The notes below the pieces were generated by a model, which was given only the letters and a program-made list of their open reading frames with translations, was not told where the DNA came from and ran no database searches. Below are positions 47,289-57,698 of a stretch of 64,000 nucleotides of DNA, in pieces. This DNA comes from Roseibacillus sp. (GTDB taxonomy: Bacteria; Verrucomicrobiota; Verrucomicrobiia; Verrucomicrobiales; Akkermansiaceae), in assembly GCA_965242925.1 (NCBI GenBank), contig CBDEUM010000022.1, positions 96,001-160,000 on the forward strand, read 5' to 3'. Each line of letters begins with the position of its first letter. Position 1 is the stretch's first letter. Position numbers and translations under genes: made by a program.

Positions 47289-49577
47289 ATGATCGGTCTC
47301 CGGCAGAAAACAGCGCAGTCCGCCGTTATCGTTTGTTTCATGGTATTTCTACCGGCTTACGCAGGTGACGAGTCGGCCCCCTCTGGAATTCACTGGGCAT
47401 TTGTGAAGCCCCAACGGCCATCGACGCCGCCGATTTCAAACACCAAGTGGCCGCGCAATGACATCGACCGGTTTGTCTTGAAGCAAATCGAGGACTCCAG
47501 TCTGCAGCCTTCGGTCGAGGCGGGTGCGCGCACGTTGATACGGCGTCTGCATTTTGACCTCACCGGGTTGCCCCCCACTCCGGCAGAAATTTCGGCATTC
47601 GAGAATGATTCAAGGGCCGACCCTGATTCCGCCCTTGAGAAGCTGGTGGATCGGCTATTGGGCAGCCCGCATTTTGGTGAAAAATGGGCGCGCTGGTGGA
47701 TGGACCTGGCGCATTACGGTGACAGCGACGGCTACCTGACCGATCAGTTGCGCCCCGTGGCGTGGCGTTGGCGGCAGTGGGTGGTGGAGGCCTTCAATCG
47801 CAACCTGCCGTTTGACCAGTTCACAATCGAGCAACTCGCTGGCGACCTGTTGCCCGGGGCAACCACCCAGCAGCGCATCGCCACCGGTTTTCTGCGCAAC
47901 ACGCTCAGTAACAGGGAAGGCGGTGCAGACCTTGAGGAATTCCGCGTGCTCCAGGTAAAGGATCGCACCAGCACCCTAGGGACCGTCTGGCTCGGACTCA
48001 CCCTCCAGTGCGCCGAGTGCCACGATCACAAGCACGACCCCTTCCCCCAGGAGGAATTCTACCGCCTCTACGCCTTCTTCAATAACGCCGACGAACTGAA
48101 CATCAACGCACCGCTGCCTGCCGAATCCGGGAAATACGCACCGGCCAAAATAGCTTACGACAGAAAACGGCGCGAATTATTGGAGCCAGTCGCGGATAGT
48201 CTCGACGCCCTGCAGAAACGCTGGGAGGCCAAGCTGCTGGACACGGAGAACAACCCGGGACGTGACCATCACTGGGATCGCGAACTGGAACTGCTGGGCT
48301 TGATCTGGGGCGGTAATCTTGGAGAAGGACAGCTTGAGGGATTGAATATCCTCTACAAACCCTGGACCCAACGCACGCCGATTGAGAGTGTCCGCTTGCA
48401 GGATTATTTTCTGCGGAAGGGATCCCGGATCGACGAAAAAAAATTCAAGGAGCTGCGAATCAATGAACTCGTGGAGCAGCTTGGGGAATTGGAAACGGAC
48501 CTCCCGCCCATCACCCGCGCGCCCACAATCGTCAAGCATCACGTCTACCGCCCCACACACCTGCATACCCGCGGCAATTTCCGGAGCCCGGGCAAGGAGA
48601 TGCAGCCGGCCACGCCGGGAGCGTTACATCCGCTGCAGTCCCAGGGCACACCCAACCGACTGGCGCTGGCGCGCTGGGTGATTTCCGCGGACAACCCGCT
48701 GGTCGCGCGCGTGGTGGTCAACCGCTTGTGGCAGGAGATGTTCGGACGGGCCCTGGTCATTACCCCGGATGACTTCGGCATCCGGGGCGCGCGCCCCTCG
48801 CACCCCGCCCTGCTCGACTGGCTCGCCACGGAATTCATCCGGCGGGATTGGGATACGAAGGCCATGCTCAGATTGATGCTCACTTCGGCCACATACCGCC
48901 AGTCTGCGTCCCTTACCCCCGCATCGCTTACCCACGACCCGGACAATATCCTGCTCACCCGTTACACCCGGCAGCGACTCTCCGCGGAATTAGTTCGCGA
49001 CAATGCCCTGGCGGCCAGCGGTTTGCTCAATCGCAAGGTCGGCGGAGCAAGCGTCCGGCCTCCGCAACCTGAAAGTGTCATCAAGGAAAGCTTCAGCGGG
49101 AAATGGGAGGTGAGTGAGGGACCCGACCGTCACCGGCGCGGACTTTACACCTTTATCCAGCGCTCCGCGCCCTTCGCGCAGTATGTCACCTTTGATTTTC
49201 CGGACAATACGCGACCCTGTACCCGGCGCATCCATTCAAATACCCCGTTGCAGGCACTCTCCCTGCTCAACGACCCGGTCTTCTTTGAGGCCGCCCAGGC
49301 CCTGGCTGCGCGCCTGCTGCAAGAGGGCAGCCCGTCCACCCATGAACGCCTTTCCCGGGCCTTTCTCCTCTGCCTCGCCCGCGCCCCATTACCATCGGAG
49401 ACAGCGCGGTTGGAAAAATACCTCGCTGCGCAGACCGACATTTTAAGGGATGCCCCCGGGGAGGCGAGCGCAATGGCTGGTGAGCCGATCGAAGGTTTCT
49501 CCCCGCCCCTACAGGCTGCGTGGGTGGGGGTCGCCAGCATCTTGCTGAACCTCGATGAATTCGTGACCAAACAATGA
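47289..49577 (+). CDS. DUF1549/DUF1553 protein without an N-terminal cytochrome c domain
   Basis: HWAF, RRLHFDLTGLPP, CAECHDHKHDP, SNTPLQAL, LNLDEF. Confidence 0.9.
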   Translation: MIGLRQKTAQSAVIVCFMVFLPAYAGDESAPSGIHWAFVKPQRPSTPPISNTKWPRNDIDRFVLKQIEDSSLQPSVEAGARTLIRRLHFDLTGLPPTPAEISAFENDSRADPDSALEKLVDRLLGSPHFGEKWARWWMDLAHYGDSDGYLTDQLRPVAWRWRQWVVEAFNRNLPFDQFTIEQLAGDLLPGATTQQRIATGFLRNTLSNREGGADLEEFRVLQVKDRTSTLGTVWLGLTLQCAECHDHKHDPFPQEEFYRLYAFFNNADELNINAPLPAESGKYAPAKIAYDRKRRELLEPVADSLDALQKRWEAKLLDTENNPGRDHHWDRELELLGLIWGGNLGEGQLEGLNILYKPWTQRTPIESVRLQDYFLRKGSRIDEKKFKELRINELVEQLGELETDLPPITRAPTIVKHHVYRPTHLHTRGNFRSPGKEMQPATPGALHPLQSQGTPNRLALARWVISADNPLVARVVVNRLWQEMFGRALVITPDDFGIRGARPSHPALLDWLATEFIRRDWDTKAMLRLMLTSATYRQSASLTPASLTHDPDNILLTRYTRQRLSAELVRDNALAASGLLNRKVGGASVRPPQPESVIKESFSGKWEVSEGPDRHRRGLYTFIQRSAPFAQYVTFDFPDNTRPCTRRIHSNTPLQALSLLNDPVFFEAAQALAARLLQEGSPSTHERLSRAFLLCLARAPLPSETARLEKYLAAQTDILRDAPGEASAMAGEPIEGFSPPLQAAWVGVASILLNLDEFVTKQ

Positions 49578-50989
49578 CCATGGACAGGAACACCTTTGGG
49601 CAAATTCAATCACGCCGAAGATTTCTTGAGCAGACCGCCTGTGGCCTGGGCGGCATGGCACTATGGCAACTGATGGCTGATGACACCGGTCTGAAGGCGC
49701 ATTTTGCGCCGCGGGCAAGGAATGTCATTTTTCTCTTCATGCCCGGCGGGCCCTCGCAGCTCGACCTCCTGGATCCCAAGCCGGCCATGAAAGAACATCA
49801 TGGCCAACCCGTGCCCGGGCACATGCTGGAAAATCTCGATGATGGCCTCATCCGCGGCTCTGCGCGTGTCTTTGCCAGTCCGCGCACATTCAAGCAGCAC
49901 GGACAGAGCGGCATGCCATTTTCGGACTACCTGCCACACCTTGGCAGGATTGCCGATGACATCTGCCTCGTTCGCTCGATGCATACCAACGTGCCCAACC
50001 ACACGCCCGGCCAGTTGCTGATGAACTGCGGCCAGCAGATTTTCGGACACCCCAGCATGGGTTCGTGGGTGACCTACGGACTGGGCAGCGAAAACCGCAA
50101 CCTTCCGGGATTCGTGGTGATGACCTCCAATTCCGGCAGCGGTATTGACGCCGGCACCGCCAACTGGTCCAACGGTTTCCTGCCCCCCGAATACCGGGGG
50201 GTTACCTTTCGTGCCTCGGGCGATCCGGTGTTGAACCTGTCCAACCCCACGGGCATCAGCGCTACCTCGCAACGCACACGGCTCGACGCCATGCACGACC
50301 TGAACCGGCTACAATTGGCAACCACTGGCGACCCGGAGATCGCTTCACGCATGGCTTCCTACGAGATGGCTTTTCGGATGCAGAGCGCCGCGCCGGAGCT
50401 CTTGGATTTTTCCGGCGAGACAAAGGTCACCCGCGAAATGTACGGCCTCGATAACGACATCACCAGGTCCTTTGGCACCAACTGTCTCCTGGCACGACGG
50501 ATGATTGAGCGCGGGGTCCGCTTTGTGCAGCTCTACCACTCAACCTGGGATGACCACTCAAACCTGAACACAAAGCTGAAAGAAAACTGCGACATGACCG
50601 ATCGCGGAACAGCCGCCCTGGTGCTGGACCTGAAACAACGCGGCCTGCTCGACGATACCCTGGTGATCTGGGGTGGTGAATTTGGCCGAACCCCCATGAA
50701 CGAGGTGCGTCGCGGCAACACGCCTGGCAAGGAGGGCCGCGATCATCATCCGTTTGCGTTCTCCATGTGGCTGGCGGGCGGGGGCGTAAAGGCAGGACAC
50801 ATCGTCGGCGAGACAGACGAGCTGGGCTACCACATCACCCGCAATCCCATCCATGTGCACGACCTCCAGGCCACCATCCTCCACTGCCTCGGCCTGGACC
50901 ACGAAAGGCTCACCGTGAAACACCAGGGCCTTGATCACCGCCTCACCGGGGTGGAGAAGGCCAGGGTGGCAAAGGAGATCCTTGCCTGA
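49574..50989 (+). CDS. DUF1501 domain protein (Tat-like signal)
   Basis: SRRRFL, FMPGGPSQLDLLDPKP, WDDH, GGEFGRTP, GRDHHP. Confidence 0.92.
   Translation: MTMDRNTFGQIQSRRRFLEQTACGLGGMALWQLMADDTGLKAHFAPRARNVIFLFMPGGPSQLDLLDPKPAMKEHHGQPVPGHMLENLDDGLIRGSARVFASPRTFKQHGQSGMPFSDYLPHLGRIADDICLVRSMHTNVPNHTPGQLLMNCGQQIFGHPSMGSWVTYGLGSENRNLPGFVVMTSNSGSGIDAGTANWSNGFLPPEYRGVTFRASGDPVLNLSNPTGISATSQRTRLDAMHDLNRLQLATTGDPEIASRMASYEMAFRMQSAAPELLDFSGETKVTREMYGLDNDITRSFGTNCLLARRMIERGVRFVQLYHSTWDDHSNLNTKLKENCDMTDRGTAALVLDLKQRGLLDDTLVIWGGEFGRTPMNEVRRGNTPGKEGRDHHPFAFSMWLAGGGVKAGHIVGETDELGYHITRNPIHVHDLQATILHCLGLDHERLTVKHQGLDHRLTGVEKARVAKEILA
50870..50989 (+). repeat. Copy 2 of the imperfect 120-nt direct repeat
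   Basis: Matches 47126-47245; both copies end TCCTTGCCTGA. Confidence 0.8.
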
Positions 50990-50999
50990 CCGCGCAACT

Positions 51000-51830
51000 T
51001 CAGCGGCTCTTCTTCGATCCCTTTGAGCGGGTGGCTCCGACATTGGTGGCCGGCTCCAGTTCCGCCAGTTCCAGTTCCGCCAGTTCCAGAGGTTCCGAGG
51101 GCTCCAGCTTCGCAGGGACGATGGGCGCAGAAGATTCCAGCTTCGCAAGGACAAGCCTGGCGGCTGCTTCCTCCCGTGCCACTACCGGATCCACTCCTCG
51201 CTCTACTGCATAGCGTTGGAGGAGTTCCATTTCCCGATCCGTCCGCGCCTCCTCCGCGAGAGAACGTCGGGCTTCCTTCTCATCCCAGAGGAAGCGCTCC
51301 TGCCACTCCCCGGTCAGATCGCCATGACGCAGACGCGCCGTCCCTGAGGAGTGACGGATCTCCAGTCCCACCCCGGTCACACGCCTGATCACCACATCGC
51401 GATAGGACAAGCCATAACGCGTGCGCAATTCAGGATGCCGTTCGCCTCTTGCAGCAAGCCTCACCCAACGAACGTACTCCTCCCGATAGTCCTCCTTCCG
51501 TTCTGAATGCAACCGTATCTCGCGTTCGAGAGCCGCCAATTTCTCAGACTCAGTTTTTCCTCTGCCGGTACTTGTGCGGATCAGGTGAAGACCCGCTCGC
51601 AACTCCGCAAAGCGCGTCTCGATCCCTTCCAAGGGCTCCAGCGACTCAAAATGCTTCGCGAGTGCCTCCACGAATTCTGACTGGGCCGCAAGTTGATCCT
51701 CGCTGGAAGGGGAACTCGCCGGGAGATCCCCGCAGACCAACGGGAGGGACAGCGCCATCAGCACTCCCCGGACCCGCTCACACCATCTCGTCATGGCCGC
51801 CAGGATAGCCCCCCACGAGAGCCAGAGCAA
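51000..51830 (-). CDS. Hypothetical protein with coiled-coil segments
   Basis: 276-aa ORF, hydrophobic N-terminus, YRDVVIRRVT..GLEIRHSSG motif; start uncertain. Confidence 0.65.
   Translation of the reverse strand: MLWLSWGAILAAMTRWCERVRGVLMALSLPLVCGDLPASSPSSEDQLAAQSEFVEALAKHFESLEPLEGIETRFAELRAGLHLIRTSTGRGKTESEKLAALEREIRLHSERKEDYREEYVRWVRLAARGERHPELRTRYGLSYRDVVIRRVTGVGLEIRHSSGTARLRHGDLTGEWQERFLWDEKEARRSLAEEARTDREMELLQRYAVERGVDPVVAREEAAARLVLAKLESSAPIVPAKLEPSEPLELAELELAELEPATNVGATRSKGSKKSR
51055..51089. repeat. 15-bp tandem repeat TCCAGTTCCGCCAGT x2.3 (encodes LELAE on minus)
   Basis: Read directly from the sequence. Confidence 0.75.
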
Positions 51831-52030
51831 GGAACCCGACCGCTCAATCTGCCCCTGAAAAGGCTTACACAGGGGACGAATTGCCGTTTAACTACCTCCT
51901 ATTCAGTAATTTCCACGATTCCAGGTTCTGGCCGCAGATCTTTGGATCCCCCCCAGTCCATCACCGGTTTCGCCCGACAGGCAGCAGGAGAAAGGCCAGG
52001 CCCCATCCGTCGCCGCAGGTCACTCCACCA

Positions 52031-55000
52031 TCACCCGGCTTCCTCGAGCGCCTTGGCAATGCGTTTCTCACTCACCCGAATTTCGCGTGGCTGACCCGGG
52101 GCAAACTGCGCCAGGCGCAGCTCCTCAAGCATCCATCCGATCTTCCAGAAGCGCACCGCCTCCGGGTGCTCCATCCAGCGCGTGATCCATCGTTGCCAAA
52201 GGGGCATGAGACGTTCCCGCTTCTCCTCGTCACGCACAAGCGGCTGACTCTCCAGGCGGGAAAGACGCTCTTCAATCCCCAGGAAGTAGCGCTGGTAGCG
52301 CTTCATGCGGGAGAATCCGGCCCTCCATGCGAACCCCCCCTGCCACAACCAGGAAATCTCCTCATCGAGATCCTCTACCACTTCTCCTAGGTGTCGATCC
52401 TGACGATTCCGCTCCATCCAGTCCGAGACCCGGCGGTAACTCTCGACCGCTTCCTCCAATCCATCACACACAGCCTGTGCACACTCAAAAAGTCGTCCTT
52501 TTCCATCGGCCGACGCCGCCGCGAATTCCTCACCCGAGCGCACCTGCCCTCCCATGGCTCCTTCCGCCGCACAACGCATCAGATCATCCATCAGGTCTTC
52601 CCCTGCGCTCAGAACTGATGCGTAGAGCCGGGAGGTGGGCCCCATCGGAAACTTCCGTCGCACGAAACCGACCTGCTCGTACTGTTCAAGGAGAAACAAC
52701 CGCACACAGCCTGCCCGATGGCTCTCCTGCGCTTCCTCCTCTTCCAGGAAGGCCCGCATTCCAACGGTCTCCCCCTCATCCACCAGTCCGGGAAAGATCG
52801 GATCCAGTCCCCTGTCTCCAGCCGGGGTGGAGGGGGCAACCTGCACCGGAACTTCACCGAAACTCCACACCTCTCCACCTGTCATTTCCCACTCCAGGTT
52901 GGCGGCCTCTTCCGTTCTCTCCCGCAACACCCCGGCCAGACGGTCCCTGATGGCCTGCACATCCTCCCCCAGCGCCAGTTCCTCGCCCTCGTCCCCATCA
53001 ACACGCAACTTGGGACGCAACTGCGGAGGCAACCGCTCCGGATTGAAATGACTTTCCTCGATGCTGTGCCCGGAGCGCTCGGAGAGAAACTCCGCCAGAG
53101 CAGCCGTCAGCTCGCAGCGGGGTTCCCACCCCTCCCAAAGATCGAGAAAGTCGACCAGCGCCTCCGCGATGGGAAAGCATGCCTGCCGCTGCCACTTGGA
53201 CAGGGAGCGGATGAGCAACTCCACCCGCTCCTCCAGAATTCCGGCTACTCCCCAGCTGATGAGATGGGACGGGAAGAGAGCAAGATCATCGATCCCGATC
53301 TCAATGGTGACCCCGTCATCGAGCGCCTCGGGATCGCTGCGATAGGTCACCCGGTAACTCTTGTCGCCATGCTCCAGGTGATCCGGAAACAATGCCAACT
53401 CCTCTGCAATCTCCTCCCAGACCACATCGGTGAGGCCGATCATCAGTTGCTCTTCGTTGCGATCGGCCAGACGCCAGCGGTGAAAGGCTTTCGTGGTGGA
53501 GATGCCATCCGGAATCCGTTCAAAGAAAAAATCGTAGGCTCCTTCGTCCGACCAGAGCCCTCCCACCCGGCGCAACTTGTGTTCGGCCCGTTCCACTTCA
53601 CTCTTCACGGCCTGCAGCTCATCCTTGTAATCACAACGCGAGCGTATGCCCTCTCCCAGGATGGCCTCCCGAATGAACACCTCGTGCGCAGCCTTGGGGT
53701 CAACCCGTCCAAAATGCACCCGCCGTTCAGGAATGAGAGTCAGTCCCCCGCACTGCACGGTTTCTATTCCATAAACTGCACCCTGCTGTTCGTCCCATGA
53801 GGGTGAGTGAAAGCGGCTCTTGCACAATTGCGGCGCCACCTCCTCCACCCAAAGCGGAGAAATGGCGGCCACCTTGCGGGCCCACAGGCGTGAGGTTTCC
53901 ACCAGATCGAATCCCAGCACCCACTCCGGCCGCTTCTTCCCGAAAAGACCCGAACCCGGGAAAACAGCGAAGTTCCGGTTAGCGGTGCCCCGGTAGCAAC
54001 GCTTCTCCTTCTCCCACACGCCGATCTGCCGGGGCATGCCGGCCAGGATGGCCTTATGAATCTCATTCACATCTCCCCACTCGCCCCGCTCCCCGGGAAG
54101 GGCCCGTGGACGTTTGCCATATTGTTCGCGCATGAGTCGCCCCAGCTCTTTGACCACCTGATCCCATTCCAGAATGCGGCGCACGTTGAGGAACTTCTTC
54201 TCGCAGAAACGCCGGAGCTGGTTGCGCTGCCAGCCTTGGTTGTCCCTGCGAAAATCGCGCAGGGAGTGCCAGATATTGAGAAGGCTCATGAAGTCCGAGT
54301 CCGGATCCTCAAAGGAGGAATGCGCCTCATCCGCCTGGTTCTCCTTTTCCGGAGGCCTCTCACGCACATCCATCACATTGAGACCTGCCACGATGATAAG
54401 GACCTCTCCCAGCACCTTCCGGTGACGCGCTTCCAGCAGCATACGACCCAGGCGCGGATCGAGCGGCAGCCGCGCCAGGCTCTGTCCAATCTCGGTGAGT
54501 TCGCCCTGCCGGGAATCCAGCGCCCCCACTTCCTCAAGGGTGCGGAAGCCCTCCGTCAACGCGCTCGGGGAGGGTGGATCCAGAAAGGGAAACTCCCGCA
54601 CGTCGCCCAGCCGAAAAGCCTTCATCCGCAGCACAACCCCCGCCAGCGAGGAACGTCGAATCTCCGGATCGGTGAACTCGGGGGCCTGCTCCAGATCCAA
54701 CTCGTCGTAGAGCCGAACGCACACGCCCTCCCGCACCCGGCCGCACCGGCCACGCCGTTGCCGGGCACTGGCCTGCGAGATCTGCTCGATCTGCAGACGC
54801 TGCACCTGCCGACCCGGATTGAAGCGGCTGATGCGTGCCAGCCCGCTATCCACCACGTAGACGACCCCTGGAATAGTCAGCGAAGTTTCCGCAACGTTGG
54901 TTGCCAGCACCACCCGCCGCTGTCTGCTCGGTTGGAAAACACGTTGTTGCTGGGCCAGGCTCAATCGTGCAAAGACCGGCAGAACCTCGGTTGCGGACAA

Positions 55001-55750
55001 CCCACGACCCTCCAGCAACTTCGCGCACTCACGAATCTCCCGTTCCCCCGGAAGAAAGACCAGGATATCGCCCCGCCCGTCAATCTCGGTGATCCACTCT
55101 ACCGCCCTTACCACGTGATGGCGCAATTCCTCGTCCTCGCTTCCGGGGAGAAAGTGATCCTCCACCGGATAAGCCCGCCCCTCCACCTGCACCACCGGCG
55201 CATTCCCGTAGAACTCCGAGAACTTCCCTGCATCCAGGGTGGCCGAACTGATCACCAGTCGCAGATCCTTTCGCTTCTCCAGCAGCCGGTGCAGGTAACC
55301 CAGCAGGAAGTCGATATTGAGGGACCGCTCGTGCGCCTCATCGATGATAAGGGTGTCATACTGACGAAGCGCACGATCCCCTTGGGTCTCCGCCAGAAGG
55401 ATGCCATCGGTCATGAACTTGATCGCGGTCGCTTCACTCACCTTCTCGGCGAAGCGCACCTGGTAACCCACCAGGCTGCCCTCCACGACCTGCATTTCTT
55501 CCGCGACCCGTCGCGCCACACTGGTGGCGGCGAGGCGCCGGGGCTGGGTGCAACCAATGCGTCCCGCGCGCAGCCCGGAGTCACCCGCCAGGCGCTCCTG
55601 CGCCAGCTCCAGGGCCATCTTGGGAAGCTGGGTGGTCTTTCCACTCCCCGTCTCACCCACCACCACGACCACCCGGCTCGAGCGCATCGCGTCGAGGATC
55701 TCCTTCCGTCGCCGCGAGACGGGAAGGTCCGGGTAATCCCAATCAGGCAC
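52031..55750 (-). CDS. hrpA: ATP-dependent RNA helicase HrpA
   Basis: GETGSGKTTQLP, TQPRRLAA, DEAHERS, SAT, ATNVAETSLT, QRRGRCGR, C-terminal LEELR...FA. Confidence 0.96.
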   Translation of the reverse strand: MPDWDYPDLPVSRRRKEILDAMRSSRVVVVVGETGSGKTTQLPKMALELAQERLAGDSGLRAGRIGCTQPRRLAATSVARRVAEEMQVVEGSLVGYQVRFAEKVSEATAIKFMTDGILLAETQGDRALRQYDTLIIDEAHERSLNIDFLLGYLHRLLEKRKDLRLVISSATLDAGKFSEFYGNAPVVQVEGRAYPVEDHFLPGSEDEELRHHVVRAVEWITEIDGRGDILVFLPGEREIRECAKLLEGRGLSATEVLPVFARLSLAQQQRVFQPSRQRRVVLATNVAETSLTIPGVVYVVDSGLARISRFNPGRQVQRLQIEQISQASARQRRGRCGRVREGVCVRLYDELDLEQAPEFTDPEIRRSSLAGVVLRMKAFRLGDVREFPFLDPPSPSALTEGFRTLEEVGALDSRQGELTEIGQSLARLPLDPRLGRMLLEARHRKVLGEVLIIVAGLNVMDVRERPPEKENQADEAHSSFEDPDSDFMSLLNIWHSLRDFRRDNQGWQRNQLRRFCEKKFLNVRRILEWDQVVKELGRLMREQYGKRPRALPGERGEWGDVNEIHKAILAGMPRQIGVWEKEKRCYRGTANRNFAVFPGSGLFGKKRPEWVLGFDLVETSRLWARKVAAISPLWVEEVAPQLCKSRFHSPSWDEQQGAVYGIETVQCGGLTLIPERRVHFGRVDPKAAHEVFIREAILGEGIRSRCDYKDELQAVKSEVERAEHKLRRVGGLWSDEGAYDFFFERIPDGISTTKAFHRWRLADRNEEQLMIGLTDVVWEEIAEELALFPDHLEHGDKSYRVTYRSDPEALDDGVTIEIGIDDLALFPSHLISWGVAGILEERVELLIRSLSKWQRQACFPIAEALVDFLDLWEGWEPRCELTAALAEFLSERSGHSIEESHFNPERLPPQLRPKLRVDGDEGEELALGEDVQAIRDRLAGVLRERTEEAANLEWEMTGGEVWSFGEVPVQVAPSTPAGDRGLDPIFPGLVDEGETVGMRAFLEEEEAQESHRAGCVRLFLLEQYEQVGFVRRKFPMGPTSRLYASVLSAGEDLMDDLMRCAAEGAMGGQVRSGEEFAAASADGKGRLFECAQAVCDGLEEAVESYRRVSDWMERNRQDRHLGEVVEDLDEEISWLWQGGFAWRAGFSRMKRYQRYFLGIEERLSRLESQPLVRDEEKRERLMPLWQRWITRWMEHPEAVRFWKIGWMLEELRLAQFAPGQPREIRVSEKRIAKALEEAG

Positions 55751-55853
55751 GCGCTTGGTTCGCTTGCCCGCCGCACAGGGTCAAGTCCCGGGTCACGCCA
55801 ATTGTCCCCTCTCCTCCCCTGCTCTCCGCCCCCGCACCCTGACTACGCGGAAA

Positions 55854-57575
55854 CTACCAGGTGAGATCCTCGAAAACCTCTTCCTCCACGTAGGGGGAAA
55901 CCACCGACTTGATAAGGGCCTGACCGCTCTCCCGCTCGTCATGGAAGACATGATTGGCGCCTGCCTCCCGCAGACGATCGGCCTCCGGGGTGAACTTTGC
56001 CCGCGCATAAACGAGCACCTCGGGGTTTTGTTGGCGCGCAAGCCGCATACCGGCAATCGCGGCCTCCGCATCTGGAAAGGTGAAGGCGATACTGCGCGCA
56101 CGCCTGATCCCGGCCATCTCGAGGGCTTCCGGCTGACGGGCATCGGCGAAAAGGACCATCATTCCCTGCCCGGTGAGTTCGTGCACCGTGTCCGCGTTCA
56201 GTTCGAGGACGAGGGTGGGAATACCGCACTTTTCCAGAGCGTGATGAAGGTTTCGTCCCACCGGTCCGAAGCCGCATACGATGACATGATCCCGCAGTGC
56301 CTCCCGCTCTCCTTCCGGCGTAAGTTCCACCGGGCAGTTCTTCTCCTGTCCCAGCCAGCCGTGCCGTTCGAGCACCGGGGCAAAGCGCTCCGCCAGTCGC
56401 ATCAGGGCGGGGACCAGTCCCATCCCGAGCGCGGTTGAGACCAGGAGGACCTGCTCTGCCTCGGGCCACAAATCGAACACGCCGAAGTCTCCAATTCGTT
56501 CGAGAAGGACGAGGGAAAACTCTCCGGTACTGGCCAGGGCCCCGGCAGTGAGGAGGCAGGGCCGCAGGGCCAATCCCAGCCGCCGGGCCGCAAGGAAGGC
56601 CGCGCCAAACTTCACGGCCAGAATGACAAGAGTGGCACTCAGGATGAGCGCCCAGTTGGCCGCCACCTCACCAAGATCAATAAGCAGTCCGACCGAGACA
56701 AAGAAGATGGTGAGGAAGAGATCCCTGAAGGGCAGGATGTCAGCCAGCACCCGGTGGCTGTAAATTGACTCGCTCACCACCAACCCCGCTGCGAAGGCTC
56801 CCAGGGCTGCGCTCAGGTTCAACTGCACCGCGCCGAAGGCGACCGCTGCACAGAGACCCACTACCGTCACCGTAAAGAGCTCGCGACTGCGCGTGCGGGC
56901 CACCGCATGCAGGATCTGGGGAATACCCTGGCGGCTCAGGAACCAGCAGGCCGCCAGGAAAAACACTCCCTTCAGGACCGCGAGGACCAGCCCCACCACC
57001 ATGCCACTTCCTCCCTGCCCCAAAAGCGGGGGCAGCACGATCATGAAGAAGATCACCAGGAGATCCTGAAAAATGGCTATGCCCAGGGCCACGCGCGCAG
57101 CCGGACTGTCCGCCATCCCCAGGTCCTGGAAGGCCTTGATGCTGACGGCGGTGCTGGAGAGCGCCACCACCACCGCGAAGGCAATGGCCACTGGCACCGC
57201 AACTCCAAAGACCAGGCAGACTCCTCCTGCCCCCAGCCCCACCAATCCCACCTGCCAACCTCCCCCCACCAGGGCAACCCGGCGCAGGTGCTTCATCTCC
57301 TTGAAGGAAAACTCCAGACCGAGAGTGAAGAGGAGAAGAATGACCCCCAGCTCCGCCAGACGATCAAGGTCGCTTGAATCCGCTCCGACCCAGTCCAGCA
57401 CCCCGCTGTTGGCGAGAAGAACTCCACACACGAAGTAGCCGACCAGGAGGGATTGCCGGAAGCGCAGGAGCACCAGGGAGACGAGCACCACTCCCACCAG
57501 GACGAAGGTGAGCAACCCGAAGAGCGGGGACACCTCCACCCCACTCGCCAGCGACATCCCCAGGCCATTCAACAC
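55854..57575 (-). CDS. CPA2 cation:proton antiporter with TrkA-N (KTN) domain
   Basis: ELGVILLLFTLGLEFS, LSSTA, FQD, GAFAAG, FFVSVG, GEFS; HVIVCGFGPVG. Confidence 0.92.
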   Translation of the reverse strand: MLNGLGMSLASGVEVSPLFGLLTFVLVGVVLVSLVLLRFRQSLLVGYFVCGVLLANSGVLDWVGADSSDLDRLAELGVILLLFTLGLEFSFKEMKHLRRVALVGGGWQVGLVGLGAGGVCLVFGVAVPVAIAFAVVVALSSTAVSIKAFQDLGMADSPAARVALGIAIFQDLLVIFFMIVLPPLLGQGGSGMVVGLVLAVLKGVFFLAACWFLSRQGIPQILHAVARTRSRELFTVTVVGLCAAVAFGAVQLNLSAALGAFAAGLVVSESIYSHRVLADILPFRDLFLTIFFVSVGLLIDLGEVAANWALILSATLVILAVKFGAAFLAARRLGLALRPCLLTAGALASTGEFSLVLLERIGDFGVFDLWPEAEQVLLVSTALGMGLVPALMRLAERFAPVLERHGWLGQEKNCPVELTPEGEREALRDHVIVCGFGPVGRNLHHALEKCGIPTLVLELNADTVHELTGQGMMVLFADARQPEALEMAGIRRARSIAFTFPDAEAAIAGMRLARQQNPEVLVYARAKFTPEADRLREAGANHVFHDERESGQALIKSVVSPYVEEEVFEDLTW

Positions 57576-57698
57576 ACCACACTCTGCGCCGGTCCGCTTG
57601 AGCGCTCAATCCCAAAGCCGCAAATGACGTCTTCCCTGCCGACGGCTTTTCCGCGAGCCGTGGACCGGATGGCCAGGCCCAGGCGAGTTCGTCGGGGC

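Noticed and set aside
51055..51089. 15-bp tandem repeat as a CRISPR or contingency locus
   Set aside because: Only 2.3 copies, no spacers, and frame-preserving within a low-complexity protein tail.
54056..55864. Long antisense ORFs (e.g. 54056-55864 +, 13087-14538 -, 43198-44535 -, 62260-63621 -, 40194-41423 -)
   Set aside because: These are shadow ORFs opposite well-supported genes, expected with high GC3, and carry no recognisable motifs.
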